In this document: in pieces, positions 38,817 to 47,271 of the stretch
Position numbering within the stretch: the first letter of the stretch is position 1
How the letters are laid out: every line of letters starts with the position of its first letter
Made by a program: the position numbers and the translations under genes
Notes under the pieces: generated by a model
Seen by the model: the letters and a program-made list of their open reading frames with translations, nothing else
Database searches by the model: none
Told to the model about the DNA's origin: nothing
Assembly (NCBI GenBank): GCA_947625475.1
Contig: CANQOL010000003.1
Coordinates: forward strand, 65,134 to 129,133
Direction of reading: 5' to 3'
Length of the DNA: 64,000 nt
DNA from: an uncultured Acetatifactor sp.
Lineage (GTDB): Bacteria > Bacillota > Clostridia > Lachnospirales > Lachnospiraceae

Positions 38817-39551
38817 ATGAAATTTATGAAGCAGAAGCGGGAGAGCGACCGCGTGGTGATCCTTACCTCCGAGGCGGAGGACGCCCGGGTGCGGAAGTTC
38901 AGAATCCGCCATTGGCTGATCAGCCTGGCGGCGGTGGTCCTGTGTATTCTGGCCGGCGCGGCCATCGGATATGTGATTTACGAGAACCGGACCTGGGATA
39001 TGGCCAACGAAAGGATTGGGCAGTATCAGCGGGATATGGAGGCCCTGGAGCAGGAGAAGGAAAAACTGCAGGAGGAAATGGAAGCCCTGGAGCAGGAGAA
39101 GAGCAGCCTGGACAGGCAGCTGCGCTTCCTCGGCAGTACATACATCCAGGTCCGGGAGTCGGAGGGAGAGCTCAGAGAGCAGCTGGAGAAGCTCAGTCTC
39201 CCCACCCTGATGCCCCTGACCGGTTCCCCCTCTCTGGAGCTGATCTCCCAGGGGGATATCATCTGCATCTTTACGGCGTCCCCGGGGAGCCTGGTCGTTG
39301 CCTCCGGAAAAGGGGAGGTGACGGAGATCGCAGAGGATGAGGAATACGGAAACCGGCTGGTGATCGATCATGGGAACGGATACCGGACGGTTTACCGCAA
39401 CCAGGGGACGGCAGTCGTCATGCCCGGGGACACGGTGTCCCAGGGAAGCGCCCTGTTTGTGGTAGGGGAGGAAAATACCCGGCTGGGATATCAGATGGAA
39501 AAGGACGGTAAGCTGGCCGACCCGATGGAGCTGCTGGAGATCAGCGGCTGA
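38817..39551 (+). CDS. Membrane-anchored M23/LytM-family peptidase with a coiled-coil region.
   Basis: An N-terminal TM is followed by a heptad-rich segment (EALEQEKEKLQEEMEALEQEK). The C-terminal M23 signature reads ...GNRLVIDHGNGYRTVYRN... Confidence 0.65.
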   Translation: MKFMKQKRESDRVVILTSEAEDARVRKFRIRHWLISLAAVVLCILAGAAIGYVIYENRTWDMANERIGQYQRDMEALEQEKEKLQEEMEALEQEKSSLDRQLRFLGSTYIQVRESEGELREQLEKLSLPTLMPLTGSPSLELISQGDIICIFTASPGSLVVASGKGEVTEIAEDEEYGNRLVIDHGNGYRTVYRNQGTAVVMPGDTVSQGSALFVVGEENTRLGYQMEKDGKLADPMELLEISG

Positions 39552-39599
39552 GGATCCTGCCATAGCCTCCCGGCCGGGAGGCCGGGGGCGGCTGGGGCG

Positions 39600-39890
39600 T
39601 CAGCTCTCCTTCATGCGGCCAAATACCAGGTCGTAGCCGTCGTTGCCGTAGTTGAGAGAGCGGTTGACGCGGCTGATGGTAGCGGTGGAGGCGCCTGTCT
39701 TCTCGGCGATCTCAAGGTAGGTTTTGTGCTCTTTGAGCATGGCGGCCACCTCGAAGCGTTGGGAGAGGGAGAGAAGCTCGTTTACAGTGCAAAGATCTTC
39801 AAAAAAGCTGTAACATTCCTCCTTGGTCTGAAGCTGGAGGATGGCCTCGAACAGGCGGTCAACCGCCTTGGTCCTGATCTTGTTGTTCAT
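39600..39890 (-). CDS. YerC/YecD (TrpR-like) family DNA-binding protein.
   Basis: ~96 aa. ...LLSLSQRFEVAAMLKEHKTYLEIAEKTGASTATISRVNRSLNYG matches the TrpR/YerC HTH region. Confidence 0.55.
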   Translation of the reverse strand: MNNKIRTKAVDRLFEAILQLQTKEECYSFFEDLCTVNELLSLSQRFEVAAMLKEHKTYLEIAEKTGASTATISRVNRSLNYGNDGYDLVFGRMKES

Positions 39891-40014
39891 GTCTGCTCCC
39901 GTCCGCCTGCCCGCAGGCAGGCAATTCTTCAATGATTAGACCATTTTAACATATTAAAGTTGTAAAGTAAAGGATGGGATGAGAATTCTTTCGCAGCATT
40001 CTTTCGCAGAAGTG

Positions 40015-40045
40015 AAAAGCCGCAGATTTGAGCGGCTTTTTTTTA
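40015..40045. terminator. Intrinsic-terminator-like hairpin (GCCGC-AGATTTGA-GCGGC plus T8) in the promoter region between yerC-like and the lipoprotein gene.
   Basis: Read from the sequence. It has an A-tract upstream and a U-tract downstream, so it could act bidirectionally. Confidence 0.45.
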
Positions 40046-40069
40046 TGGAGAAAAGGGGGACGGGAGTGA

Positions 40070-40123
40070 TTAGGTAAAATAAAAGAACTGATTTAGGTAA
40101 AATAACAGGAAATTAGGTAAAAT
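40070..40123 (+). promoter_or_regulatory. Three direct repeats TTAGGTAAAAT with 23- and 20-bp spacing (candidate transcription-factor binding array) upstream of the acidic lipoprotein gene.
   Basis: Exact 11-mer at 40070, 40093 and 40113, ~140 bp upstream of the ATG at 40264. Confidence 0.4.
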
Positions 40124-40263
40124 ATTAGAAAAAGTCTTGCCATGAGGACGGGAGTGTTTTATAATTACATTGTTATGTGTCCACGGATGGCCGGCGGCCG
40201 CCCGGGCGGGAGAGACCATTCTAAGGGAAACAAACGGCACATAAAATGTGCAGGAGGTGTGAA

Positions 40264-41073
40264 ATGAAAAAGAGAATAGGAATCCTTTTGGCGGCCTGCT
40301 GCGTGTCCCTGGCGGCATGCGGGAAGGGCGGCACGGTAAACGAGGGCGACCAGGTGAACGGGAGCAATCCGGTGCAGGAGAGCGTCCAGACACCCCAGGT
40401 GAGCAGCCAGGAACCGGAGGAGAGCGTCCAGGCGCCCGAAGAGAGCAGCCAGGAACCGGAGGAAAGCTCCCAGGCACCGGAGGAAGACAGCCAGCCGGAT
40501 GAATCCCAGTTTCCGGAGGGCCTCCCCTCTGTGGATGTGCAGAGCATGACCCAGGAGGAGCTGCAGAGCCTGGCGGATGGCATGTCTGAGGAAGAGTTCT
40601 GGATGTGGCTTTCCACTCTGGACAGCGAAGATCTGGACTATGTGATGGAGAATTATGCCACTGTCACCGAAGATCTGCCGGTGGGAGAAGAGCCGGAGCA
40701 GGGGGAGGAAGACGCCCAGGCGTCCGAGGAAGACAGCCAGTCGGATGAGTTCCAGCTTCCGGAGGGCCTCCCCTCTGTGGATGTGCAGAGCATGACCCCG
40801 GAGGAACTGCAGAGCCTGGCGGACAGCATGTCTGAGGAAGAATTCTGGATGTGGTTTTCTACTCTGGACAGCGAGGACATGGACTATCTGATGGAGAATT
40901 ATGCCACTGTCACCGGCGGTCTGCTGGAGGGAGAAGAGCTGGAGCAGTGGGAGGAAGAGAACGGCGTCACCACCTCCGCCCACTGGGACTGGGACGAGGA
41001 AAATGAGCAGTGGGTGCTGGTGGAGGACGCCCCGGAGGACGGCGGGGAAGGCCAGGAGCCCTCGGCGGAATAA
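40264..41073 (+). CDS. Acidic lipoprotein with two ~90-aa internal repeats.
   Basis: The lipobox is LAACG. The unit ...EESSQAPEE(D)SQxDExQxPEGLPSVDVQSMTxEELQSLADxMSEEEFWMWxSTLDSEDxDYxMENYATVT occurs twice. Confidence 0.5.
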   Translation: MKKRIGILLAACCVSLAACGKGGTVNEGDQVNGSNPVQESVQTPQVSSQEPEESVQAPEESSQEPEESSQAPEEDSQPDESQFPEGLPSVDVQSMTQEELQSLADGMSEEEFWMWLSTLDSEDLDYVMENYATVTEDLPVGEEPEQGEEDAQASEEDSQSDEFQLPEGLPSVDVQSMTPEELQSLADSMSEEEFWMWFSTLDSEDMDYLMENYATVTGGLLEGEELEQWEEENGVTTSAHWDWDEENEQWVLVEDAPEDGGEGQEPSAE

Positions 41074-41241
41074 GATTTTTGGGAAAGAAAGTTCCTGAAA
41101 CCCTTGCCATGTGAAAACCGGGGGGATATAATGAAAACAGACACAGATTTGACGTTCATCAGGAATAGGGGATAGTCAAAAGCGGGTTTCCTGTGTTATA
41201 CTATACTGTGACCGGGGATCTGGAGAAAGGAACGGGCCCAT

Positions 41242-41865
41242 ATGACGATTGATACGGAGAATCTGCTGGACAGCATCTGGAAGAGCTTTGACAGGATCGC
41301 ATACATAAAGCCGGAGGAAATTCCGGAGATAGATCTTTATATGGATCAGGTCACCACCTTTATGGAGAGCAGGCTTAAGTCCTCCACCCGTTATCCGGGG
41401 GAGGATAAGATCCTGACAAAGACCATGATCAACAATTATGCGAAGAATGATCTGCTGCCCCCTCCTGTGAAGAAGAAGTACACCAAGGAGCATGTGCTTT
41501 TGCTGATCCTGATCTACTACTACAAGGGCGTGATGACCATCGGCGACATCCAAACGCTCCTGCAGCCCATCACGGAGCGCTTCTTCCAGAACGGGCAGGA
41601 GTTTAATCTGCAGAGCATCTACGAGGAAGTGTTCGGGCTGGAGGAAGCCCAGGTGGAGGTTCTGAAGCAGGACGTGAAGGAAAAGTACCGCCAGTCCATG
41701 GAAACCTTCCGGGACGCCCCGGCGGAGGACGCGGAATTCCTGCGCAGGTTTTCCTTTATCTGTCTGCTCAGCTTCGATGTATATGTGAAAAAGCTCCTGA
41801 TCGAGAAGATGATCGACGGGATCGGCGGGGGGAAAGAAAAGGATCGGAAAAAGAAAAAAGAATAA
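41242..41865 (+). CDS. DUF1836-like protein.
   Basis: The N-terminus ...IPEIDLYMDQVTTFMESRL...TKTMINNYAKNDLLPPPVKKKYTKEHVLLLILIYYYK resembles the DUF1836 family (recollection; needs HMM confirmation). Confidence 0.4.
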   Translation: MTIDTENLLDSIWKSFDRIAYIKPEEIPEIDLYMDQVTTFMESRLKSSTRYPGEDKILTKTMINNYAKNDLLPPPVKKKYTKEHVLLLILIYYYKGVMTIGDIQTLLQPITERFFQNGQEFNLQSIYEEVFGLEEAQVEVLKQDVKEKYRQSMETFRDAPAEDAEFLRRFSFICLLSFDVYVKKLLIEKMIDGIGGGKEKDRKKKKE

Positions 41866-41996
41866 CTAGAAAGCTGTGTACGGAACGGATCATTTCCGGT
41901 TTAGGAAAAAATGTGGTTCTACATCAGCCCGGCTGCGGCGGGATCTTGTAGAACCATCTGTTTGCGGGGACACAGGGTGGGAGGTATTACCGTATT

Positions 41997-43376
41997 ATGA
42001 ATCTGCGTATGCCCGTCCTTGACAAAGTGTTGGAATCCGCCGCCCAATCTGCCGGCTTTAACGGGCAGGAAATTGTTGTGCTGCATGTCAACCACTGTAT
42101 GGACAATTCCTTTTATTTCAGCGAGGCGCTGAAAAAGGTTTTTTATGATGTTGTATTTATAGGCGTACCCTACAATGACAGGGAAGTGGAGAAGGGTTAC
42201 AGTTTCCGGTATTATTACGGGAAAAACAAAAAAGGGGTTTATGAGCTGTACCGGGGCAATTCTCTCTTTGAGACGGCCCGGTGCGGTTTTGTGGAGGCCG
42301 TGGAGCTGCTGCTGGAGCAGGCCATAGAGCAGGATATCCTTCCGCTGCTGGAGGCAGGGAAAAAGCTGCTGATCATCGAGGACGGAGGCTACCACTACGG
42401 CGTGGTGAAGCGCATGGCGGAGAGCCATCCCGTTCTGCGCACCCACATCCTCGGCAGTGTGGAGCAGACCACCTCCGGGACCTCCAAGTGCCTGAAAAGC
42501 GGGAAGGGCAGCGGGTTTTCCTATCCCTGCACCAGCATTGCCCGCTCCGACATTAAGATGTATGTGGAGTCCCGGTTTATCGGGAACCGGGTGGTGGAGG
42601 AACTGAGCAGCTTCCTGTACTCGGCCAACACCTTCCTGGATTTTCACAATGTTCTGATTCTGGGCTACGGCATTGTGGGGCGCCGGGTTGCCAGGAATCT
42701 CCAGCAGAAGCAGTGCCGGATCACGGTGTACGATACGGACGGGAATGTCTCCCGGCTGGCCCGGCAGGAGGGCTTTGCCACAGCCTCCCAAATTACGCCG
42801 GAGCACTTCCCCCACAGCACCGTTGTGATCGGAAACGCGGGAAAGCCCTCCTTCACGGAGGAGATGCTGGAGGCGTTTTTCCGGGGCCGGGCGGATACCC
42901 TGTATCTGGCCAGCTCATCCTCCCAGGACCGGGAGTTTAAAACCTTTCTGAACCTGGCGGAGGGGAAGGCGCCCCTCCCTGAGGGGGCGGCTCTCCTGGA
43001 GGCGCTGACGGAAAAATATTTCACCGCCTACCGTTTCTCCTGGGAGGGAAGGGAGAAGACCGTCTATCTGATTGCCCAGGGAATGCCGGTCAATTTCTAC
43101 CGCAAGGATGTGATCAGCCTGACATACAGTATTATCGACCTGATTTTTGCCGAGATGCTTTCCATGGGGCTGACCCTGTGCGCCGCCTCCGGCCTGGAGA
43201 ACAGGCTTTACCTGCTGGGGCGGGACGACGGCTTTATGCCCTTTATCTCCGAGGAGGAGCTGACCCGGCTCTGGTTTGCCAAGTATGATCTCAGCGGTGA
43301 GGGCGGTATCTCCCAGATCCTGGATCCCCATCCTCTGGGCGGATATCTGCGGGAAAAACTGATGAAGGAGTCGTGA
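41997..43376 (+). CDS. Rossmann-fold NAD-binding protein, S-adenosyl-L-homocysteine-hydrolase-like (divergent); function unknown.
   Basis: VLILGYGIVGRRVARNLQQKQCRITVYDTDGNVSRLARQEGF matches the AdoHcyase NAD-domain pattern (GYGDVGKGxA...V.E.DP..AL.A..GF). The substrate-domain ETTTG-like motif is degenerate (EQTTSGTSK). Confidence 0.35.
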   Translation: MNLRMPVLDKVLESAAQSAGFNGQEIVVLHVNHCMDNSFYFSEALKKVFYDVVFIGVPYNDREVEKGYSFRYYYGKNKKGVYELYRGNSLFETARCGFVEAVELLLEQAIEQDILPLLEAGKKLLIIEDGGYHYGVVKRMAESHPVLRTHILGSVEQTTSGTSKCLKSGKGSGFSYPCTSIARSDIKMYVESRFIGNRVVEELSSFLYSANTFLDFHNVLILGYGIVGRRVARNLQQKQCRITVYDTDGNVSRLARQEGFATASQITPEHFPHSTVVIGNAGKPSFTEEMLEAFFRGRADTLYLASSSSQDREFKTFLNLAEGKAPLPEGAALLEALTEKYFTAYRFSWEGREKTVYLIAQGMPVNFYRKDVISLTYSIIDLIFAEMLSMGLTLCAASGLENRLYLLGRDDGFMPFISEEELTRLWFAKYDLSGEGGISQILDPHPLGGYLREKLMKES

Positions 43377-43380
43377 GGCT

Positions 43381-45162
43381 ATGGAAGAACGCATCGTAAA
43401 GAACACATTCGGCCGTTTCTTTATGCCCACCCTTACGGCCTCGGTTACCCTGTCCGTTATTTCCATGACGGATCTGATTATTGCGGGAAGGTTTGTGGGG
43501 GAGGAAGCGCTGACCTCCATTTCCCTGGCCCTCCCGGTGATCATTTTCGTTCAGATTATCGGGGCCTTTCTGGGGACAGGCGGCGCCATTGTCCTGTCCA
43601 CACGGCTGGGGGAGGGAAAGCTGGAGGAATGCAGCCGGATTTTCTCCTGCGCCATGGCGGGGGCCCTGCTGATCGGGATTCTGGTTTCCGTGGCGGGAAC
43701 CGTCTTTCTGGAGCCCATTATCCTGCTGTGCGGCGGAAGCTACGGGGAAGTGATGGAGGGGGCCAAGGCGTACATGGGGACCCTGTTTTACGGGATGACC
43801 TTTATGATCCTTTCCCCCATTATGATGACCTATCTGCGCAATGACAACGAGCAGCAGTATTCCATGGTCTGCGTGGTGACCAGCGGACTGTTCAACATTG
43901 TGTTTTCCTACAGCTTCGCCGTGCTTTTCGGGCTCGGGATCCGGGGGATCGCCCTGGCTACGGTCCTCTCCCAGCTTCTGACCTGCATCCTGGGCTCCCT
44001 GAAGCTGTTCCGCAAAAACCGGACCTTCCATCTGGTGAAGTTCCGCCTGGGGGGCGGGCTTCTGTTTTCGATTCTGCGGCCCGGCTTCCCGGTAGCCGCC
44101 ATCTTCCTTTCCCAGGTGATCCTGACCATGGTGATCAACAAGGTGCTGATGAGCGCCGGGGGAAGCGAGGGAGTGGCCGTCTACGCGGTGATCAAATATC
44201 TGATCAATTTCATGTACGCCCTTTTCGACGGAGTGACGGGGGCCATCCAGCCCATGCTGGGGATTTATTTCGGGGAGCGGGAGAGAAGCAATATCCGCCA
44301 CACCGTAAAGTATTCCCTGGCGGCCATGCTGGCGATCTCCGGGGGCATGTTCCTGGCCATGGAGCTTCTCGGCACGCCCCTGTGCCGGCTTTTCGGCGTG
44401 GAGAGCGGTTCCCTGACCGGGCTTACCGTCCACGCCATGCGCATTGAGGCCATCTGCTGCCTCACGGCCGGGTGCATCACCTATGTGAACGCCTTTTACC
44501 GCTGCACGGGCAATGCGTCCGTGTCCTTTGCCCTGAGCATCGCGGACAATTTCGTGTTTCCCATTTTTTGGGTGCTGGTGCTTGCCCGGGGGCTGGGGCT
44601 CGGAGTCTCCGGCGTCTGGTGGGGCCTGGCGGCGGGGGGCCTGAGCACGCTGCTGTGCTGGTTTGTCTACTGCCTGAAGGAGAAGCGGGGCTTCCTGCTT
44701 CTGCGGGAGGAACAGTTTGTGCGGCCGGAGGGGGAGTACCATGTGATCCACCCGGCCACCTCGGAGCAGATGGAGATCCTTCTCCCGGAGGTGGAGGAAG
44801 TCTGCGACTCCATGGATATCCCCATGAAAAAACAGTATTACATATCTTTGGCCATTGAAGAGCTGGTGGCCAATGTGGTGGGGCTGGCCCAGACCGACGC
44901 AAGGCGGAAGAAAAAAAAGGAGTATTATGTGGATATCCGGATCTCTCCCCGGGAAAACGGGGAGGTGGAGCTGCGGATCCGGGACAATCTGACGGAGTTC
45001 AATCCGGGCGAGGTCGCCACGGACGATATGAGCTCCCTGCTGCAGGGAGGCGGCGAGAGCGCCGTGAATACCCTGGGAATCGGCATGGTGAAAAAGATAG
45101 CAAGCGAGTACAGCTACAAGAGAACCATCGGCTTCAACAATTTTTCGGTGATTCTGCCCTGA
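43381..45162 (+). CDS. MATE-family transporter fused to a C-terminal RsbW/SpoIIAB-like GHKL ATPase (HATPase_c_2) domain.
   Basis: Residues 1-450 have 12 TM segments with the MATE N-terminal pattern. The C-terminal ~140 aa read ISLAIEELVANVVGLAQ...YYVDIRISPRENGEVELRIRDNLTEFNPGEV...GGGESAVNTLGIGMVKKIAS (N-box, G1 and G2-like). Confidence 0.55.
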   Translation: MEERIVKNTFGRFFMPTLTASVTLSVISMTDLIIAGRFVGEEALTSISLALPVIIFVQIIGAFLGTGGAIVLSTRLGEGKLEECSRIFSCAMAGALLIGILVSVAGTVFLEPIILLCGGSYGEVMEGAKAYMGTLFYGMTFMILSPIMMTYLRNDNEQQYSMVCVVTSGLFNIVFSYSFAVLFGLGIRGIALATVLSQLLTCILGSLKLFRKNRTFHLVKFRLGGGLLFSILRPGFPVAAIFLSQVILTMVINKVLMSAGGSEGVAVYAVIKYLINFMYALFDGVTGAIQPMLGIYFGERERSNIRHTVKYSLAAMLAISGGMFLAMELLGTPLCRLFGVESGSLTGLTVHAMRIEAICCLTAGCITYVNAFYRCTGNASVSFALSIADNFVFPIFWVLVLARGLGLGVSGVWWGLAAGGLSTLLCWFVYCLKEKRGFLLLREEQFVRPEGEYHVIHPATSEQMEILLPEVEEVCDSMDIPMKKQYYISLAIEELVANVVGLAQTDARRKKKKEYYVDIRISPRENGEVELRIRDNLTEFNPGEVATDDMSSLLQGGGESAVNTLGIGMVKKIASEYSYKRTIGFNNFSVILP

Positions 45163-45208
45163 TCCGGCAGCCGGCCTCGCAAAACAGAATAAAGGGAGGT
45201 ATTATATC

Positions 45209-47212
45209 ATGAAGGATGTATTCAAAGTGTTTACGGATCGGAAAGCGCTGATCCGCATGGTGATCTCCGGCGTTCTCTTCCTGGCGGTGGCGGCCCCTTT
45301 TAAGGCCATGCTGTCGCTGGTTCCCGGCGTGACGGAGGTGCGGCCCGCCAATATGATCCCGCCGGTTCTGGGAATCCTGTGGGGCCCTGCGGCGGCCTGG
45401 GGCATCGCCATCGCCAACGCCATCTCGGACATTGTGGTTTCCCACTCCGCCTTTCGGGTCTGGTTCCCGGGGATGATTATCAATTTCTTCTTCGCCTACC
45501 TGCCCTACCGGATGTGGTATTCCCTGAACATCAACAAGAAGGGTTCCATCCGGCCCAAGCTGAGCCGGGTATCCGAGATCCTTCGCTTCATTTATATCTG
45601 TCTCATGGATTCCCTGGTGACGACGGTGCTGCTGGCCCTGCTCTTTGAGATTTTAGGGTTCCAGTCCTACGCCTCCTCGGTGCTGCTGCTGTTTTTCAAC
45701 AACTTTGATTTTGCCATTATCCTGGGAGTCCCGGTGATCCTGCTTTTGACCAACTCCAAGCGGACCGGCCTGTGGGTGCCCAGCGAGTGTTCCGCGCTGC
45801 CGAAGGAGGTGCTGACGGACAAAAAGCATATTCAAAAGCAGCGGTTTTTCGACGGCCTGTTTGCGGTCATAGGGGCCGTGGGCATTCTGTACTATTTCGC
45901 CACAGCCTTCGGCGGCTTTGTATTTCCCCATACCGTGGAGCTGGTGATTTTTGTCCTGTTCCTGCTCTTTGAGCTTTCCTACCTGTTAAAGCCCTTAAAT
46001 CCGGTGAACGACCAGTCGGAGGATGTGGAAATCCGCGGACTTTCCATCCGGGCCAAGGTTATCATCGGCTTCCTGATGCTGTCCGTCTTCTTTGTGGTCA
46101 TCATAGGAGTAGCCACCTATGTCTCCCAGAGCGGCGTGGTCGCCAGCCAGAAGGATCTGTGGCAGTATATTTACACGGTGGTGGGTATTTCCCTGAATAT
46201 TATTTTCCTGATTTCCCTGGTATTCCTGAAATACGTAGAGTTGAAGATCACGGCGCCCCTGGAAAAGCTCTCCCGTCTGGTAAAGCTCTTCGCCGCCAGA
46301 GACCATCAGGCCAATGCGGACGACGGCCAGATCGTGAAGGAGAGCCTGTCCATCAGCACCGGGGACGAGATCGAGGAGCTCTCCGGATCCTTTGCCAAGA
46401 TGATGACGGATATCGATCAGTATGTGGTCAACCTGGCCGCGGTGACGGCGGAGAAGGAGAGGATCGGGGCCGAGCTGAACGTGGCCACCCAGATCCAGGC
46501 CTCCATGCTGCCCTGTATTTTCCCGGCCTTCCCGGACCGGCCCGAGTTTGACATTTATGCCACCATGGATCCGGCCAAGGAGGTGGGAGGCGACTTCTAC
46601 GACTTCTTTATGGTGGATGAGAGACATGTGGCCATCGTGGTGGCGGACGTCTCCGGCAAGGGCGTGCCGGCGGCCCTGTTCATGGTCATCGGCAAGACAC
46701 TGATCAAGGACCACACCCAGCTGGGCTCCAGCCTGGGCCAGGTTTTCGCGGAGGTGAACGATCTGCTGTGCGAGGCCAACAGCGAGGGCCTGTTTATCAC
46801 GGCCTTTGAGGGCGTGCTGGATCTGGTGACGGGAGAATTTGTCTTTGTCAATGCGGGACATGAGACCCCCTTCATCTCCAAGGCGGGAGGGGCCTTCGAG
46901 CCCTACAAGATCCGCCCCGGCTTCGTGCTGGCGGGCATGGAGGGAATGCACTACAATGTGAGCACAGTCCAGCTGGAGCCGGGCGACCGGATTTTCCAGT
47001 ACACGGACGGCGTCCCGGAGGCCACAGACAGCAAGGAGGAACTCTACGGCATGGAGCGCCTGGAGAAGGTGCTCTCCGCAAATGCGGATAAGAACCCGAC
47101 GGAGCTGCTGCCTCAGGTGAAGGCGGACATCGACGCCTTTGTGGGAGAGGCTCCCCAGTTTGACGATATTACCATGCTCTGCCTGGAGTATAAGCAGAGG
47201 ATGACGGAGTAA
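45209..47212 (+). CDS. Polytopic membrane protein with a C-terminal PP2C-family Ser/Thr phosphatase domain (SpoIIE/RsbU-like).
   Basis: The N-terminal ~330 aa have 8-10 TM segments. The phosphatase metal-binding motifs are GGDFYDF and VVADVSGKGVPAALFM. Confidence 0.65.
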   Translation: MKDVFKVFTDRKALIRMVISGVLFLAVAAPFKAMLSLVPGVTEVRPANMIPPVLGILWGPAAAWGIAIANAISDIVVSHSAFRVWFPGMIINFFFAYLPYRMWYSLNINKKGSIRPKLSRVSEILRFIYICLMDSLVTTVLLALLFEILGFQSYASSVLLLFFNNFDFAIILGVPVILLLTNSKRTGLWVPSECSALPKEVLTDKKHIQKQRFFDGLFAVIGAVGILYYFATAFGGFVFPHTVELVIFVLFLLFELSYLLKPLNPVNDQSEDVEIRGLSIRAKVIIGFLMLSVFFVVIIGVATYVSQSGVVASQKDLWQYIYTVVGISLNIIFLISLVFLKYVELKITAPLEKLSRLVKLFAARDHQANADDGQIVKESLSISTGDEIEELSGSFAKMMTDIDQYVVNLAAVTAEKERIGAELNVATQIQASMLPCIFPAFPDRPEFDIYATMDPAKEVGGDFYDFFMVDERHVAIVVADVSGKGVPAALFMVIGKTLIKDHTQLGSSLGQVFAEVNDLLCEANSEGLFITAFEGVLDLVTGEFVFVNAGHETPFISKAGGAFEPYKIRPGFVLAGMEGMHYNVSTVQLEPGDRIFQYTDGVPEATDSKEELYGMERLEKVLSANADKNPTELLPQVKADIDAFVGEAPQFDDITMLCLEYKQRMTE

Positions 47213-47271
47213 GGCCCCAGGGGAGGGCCCGTCCCGGCTGCAGTCTTATGATACGAGGAGGAATACGAAAG

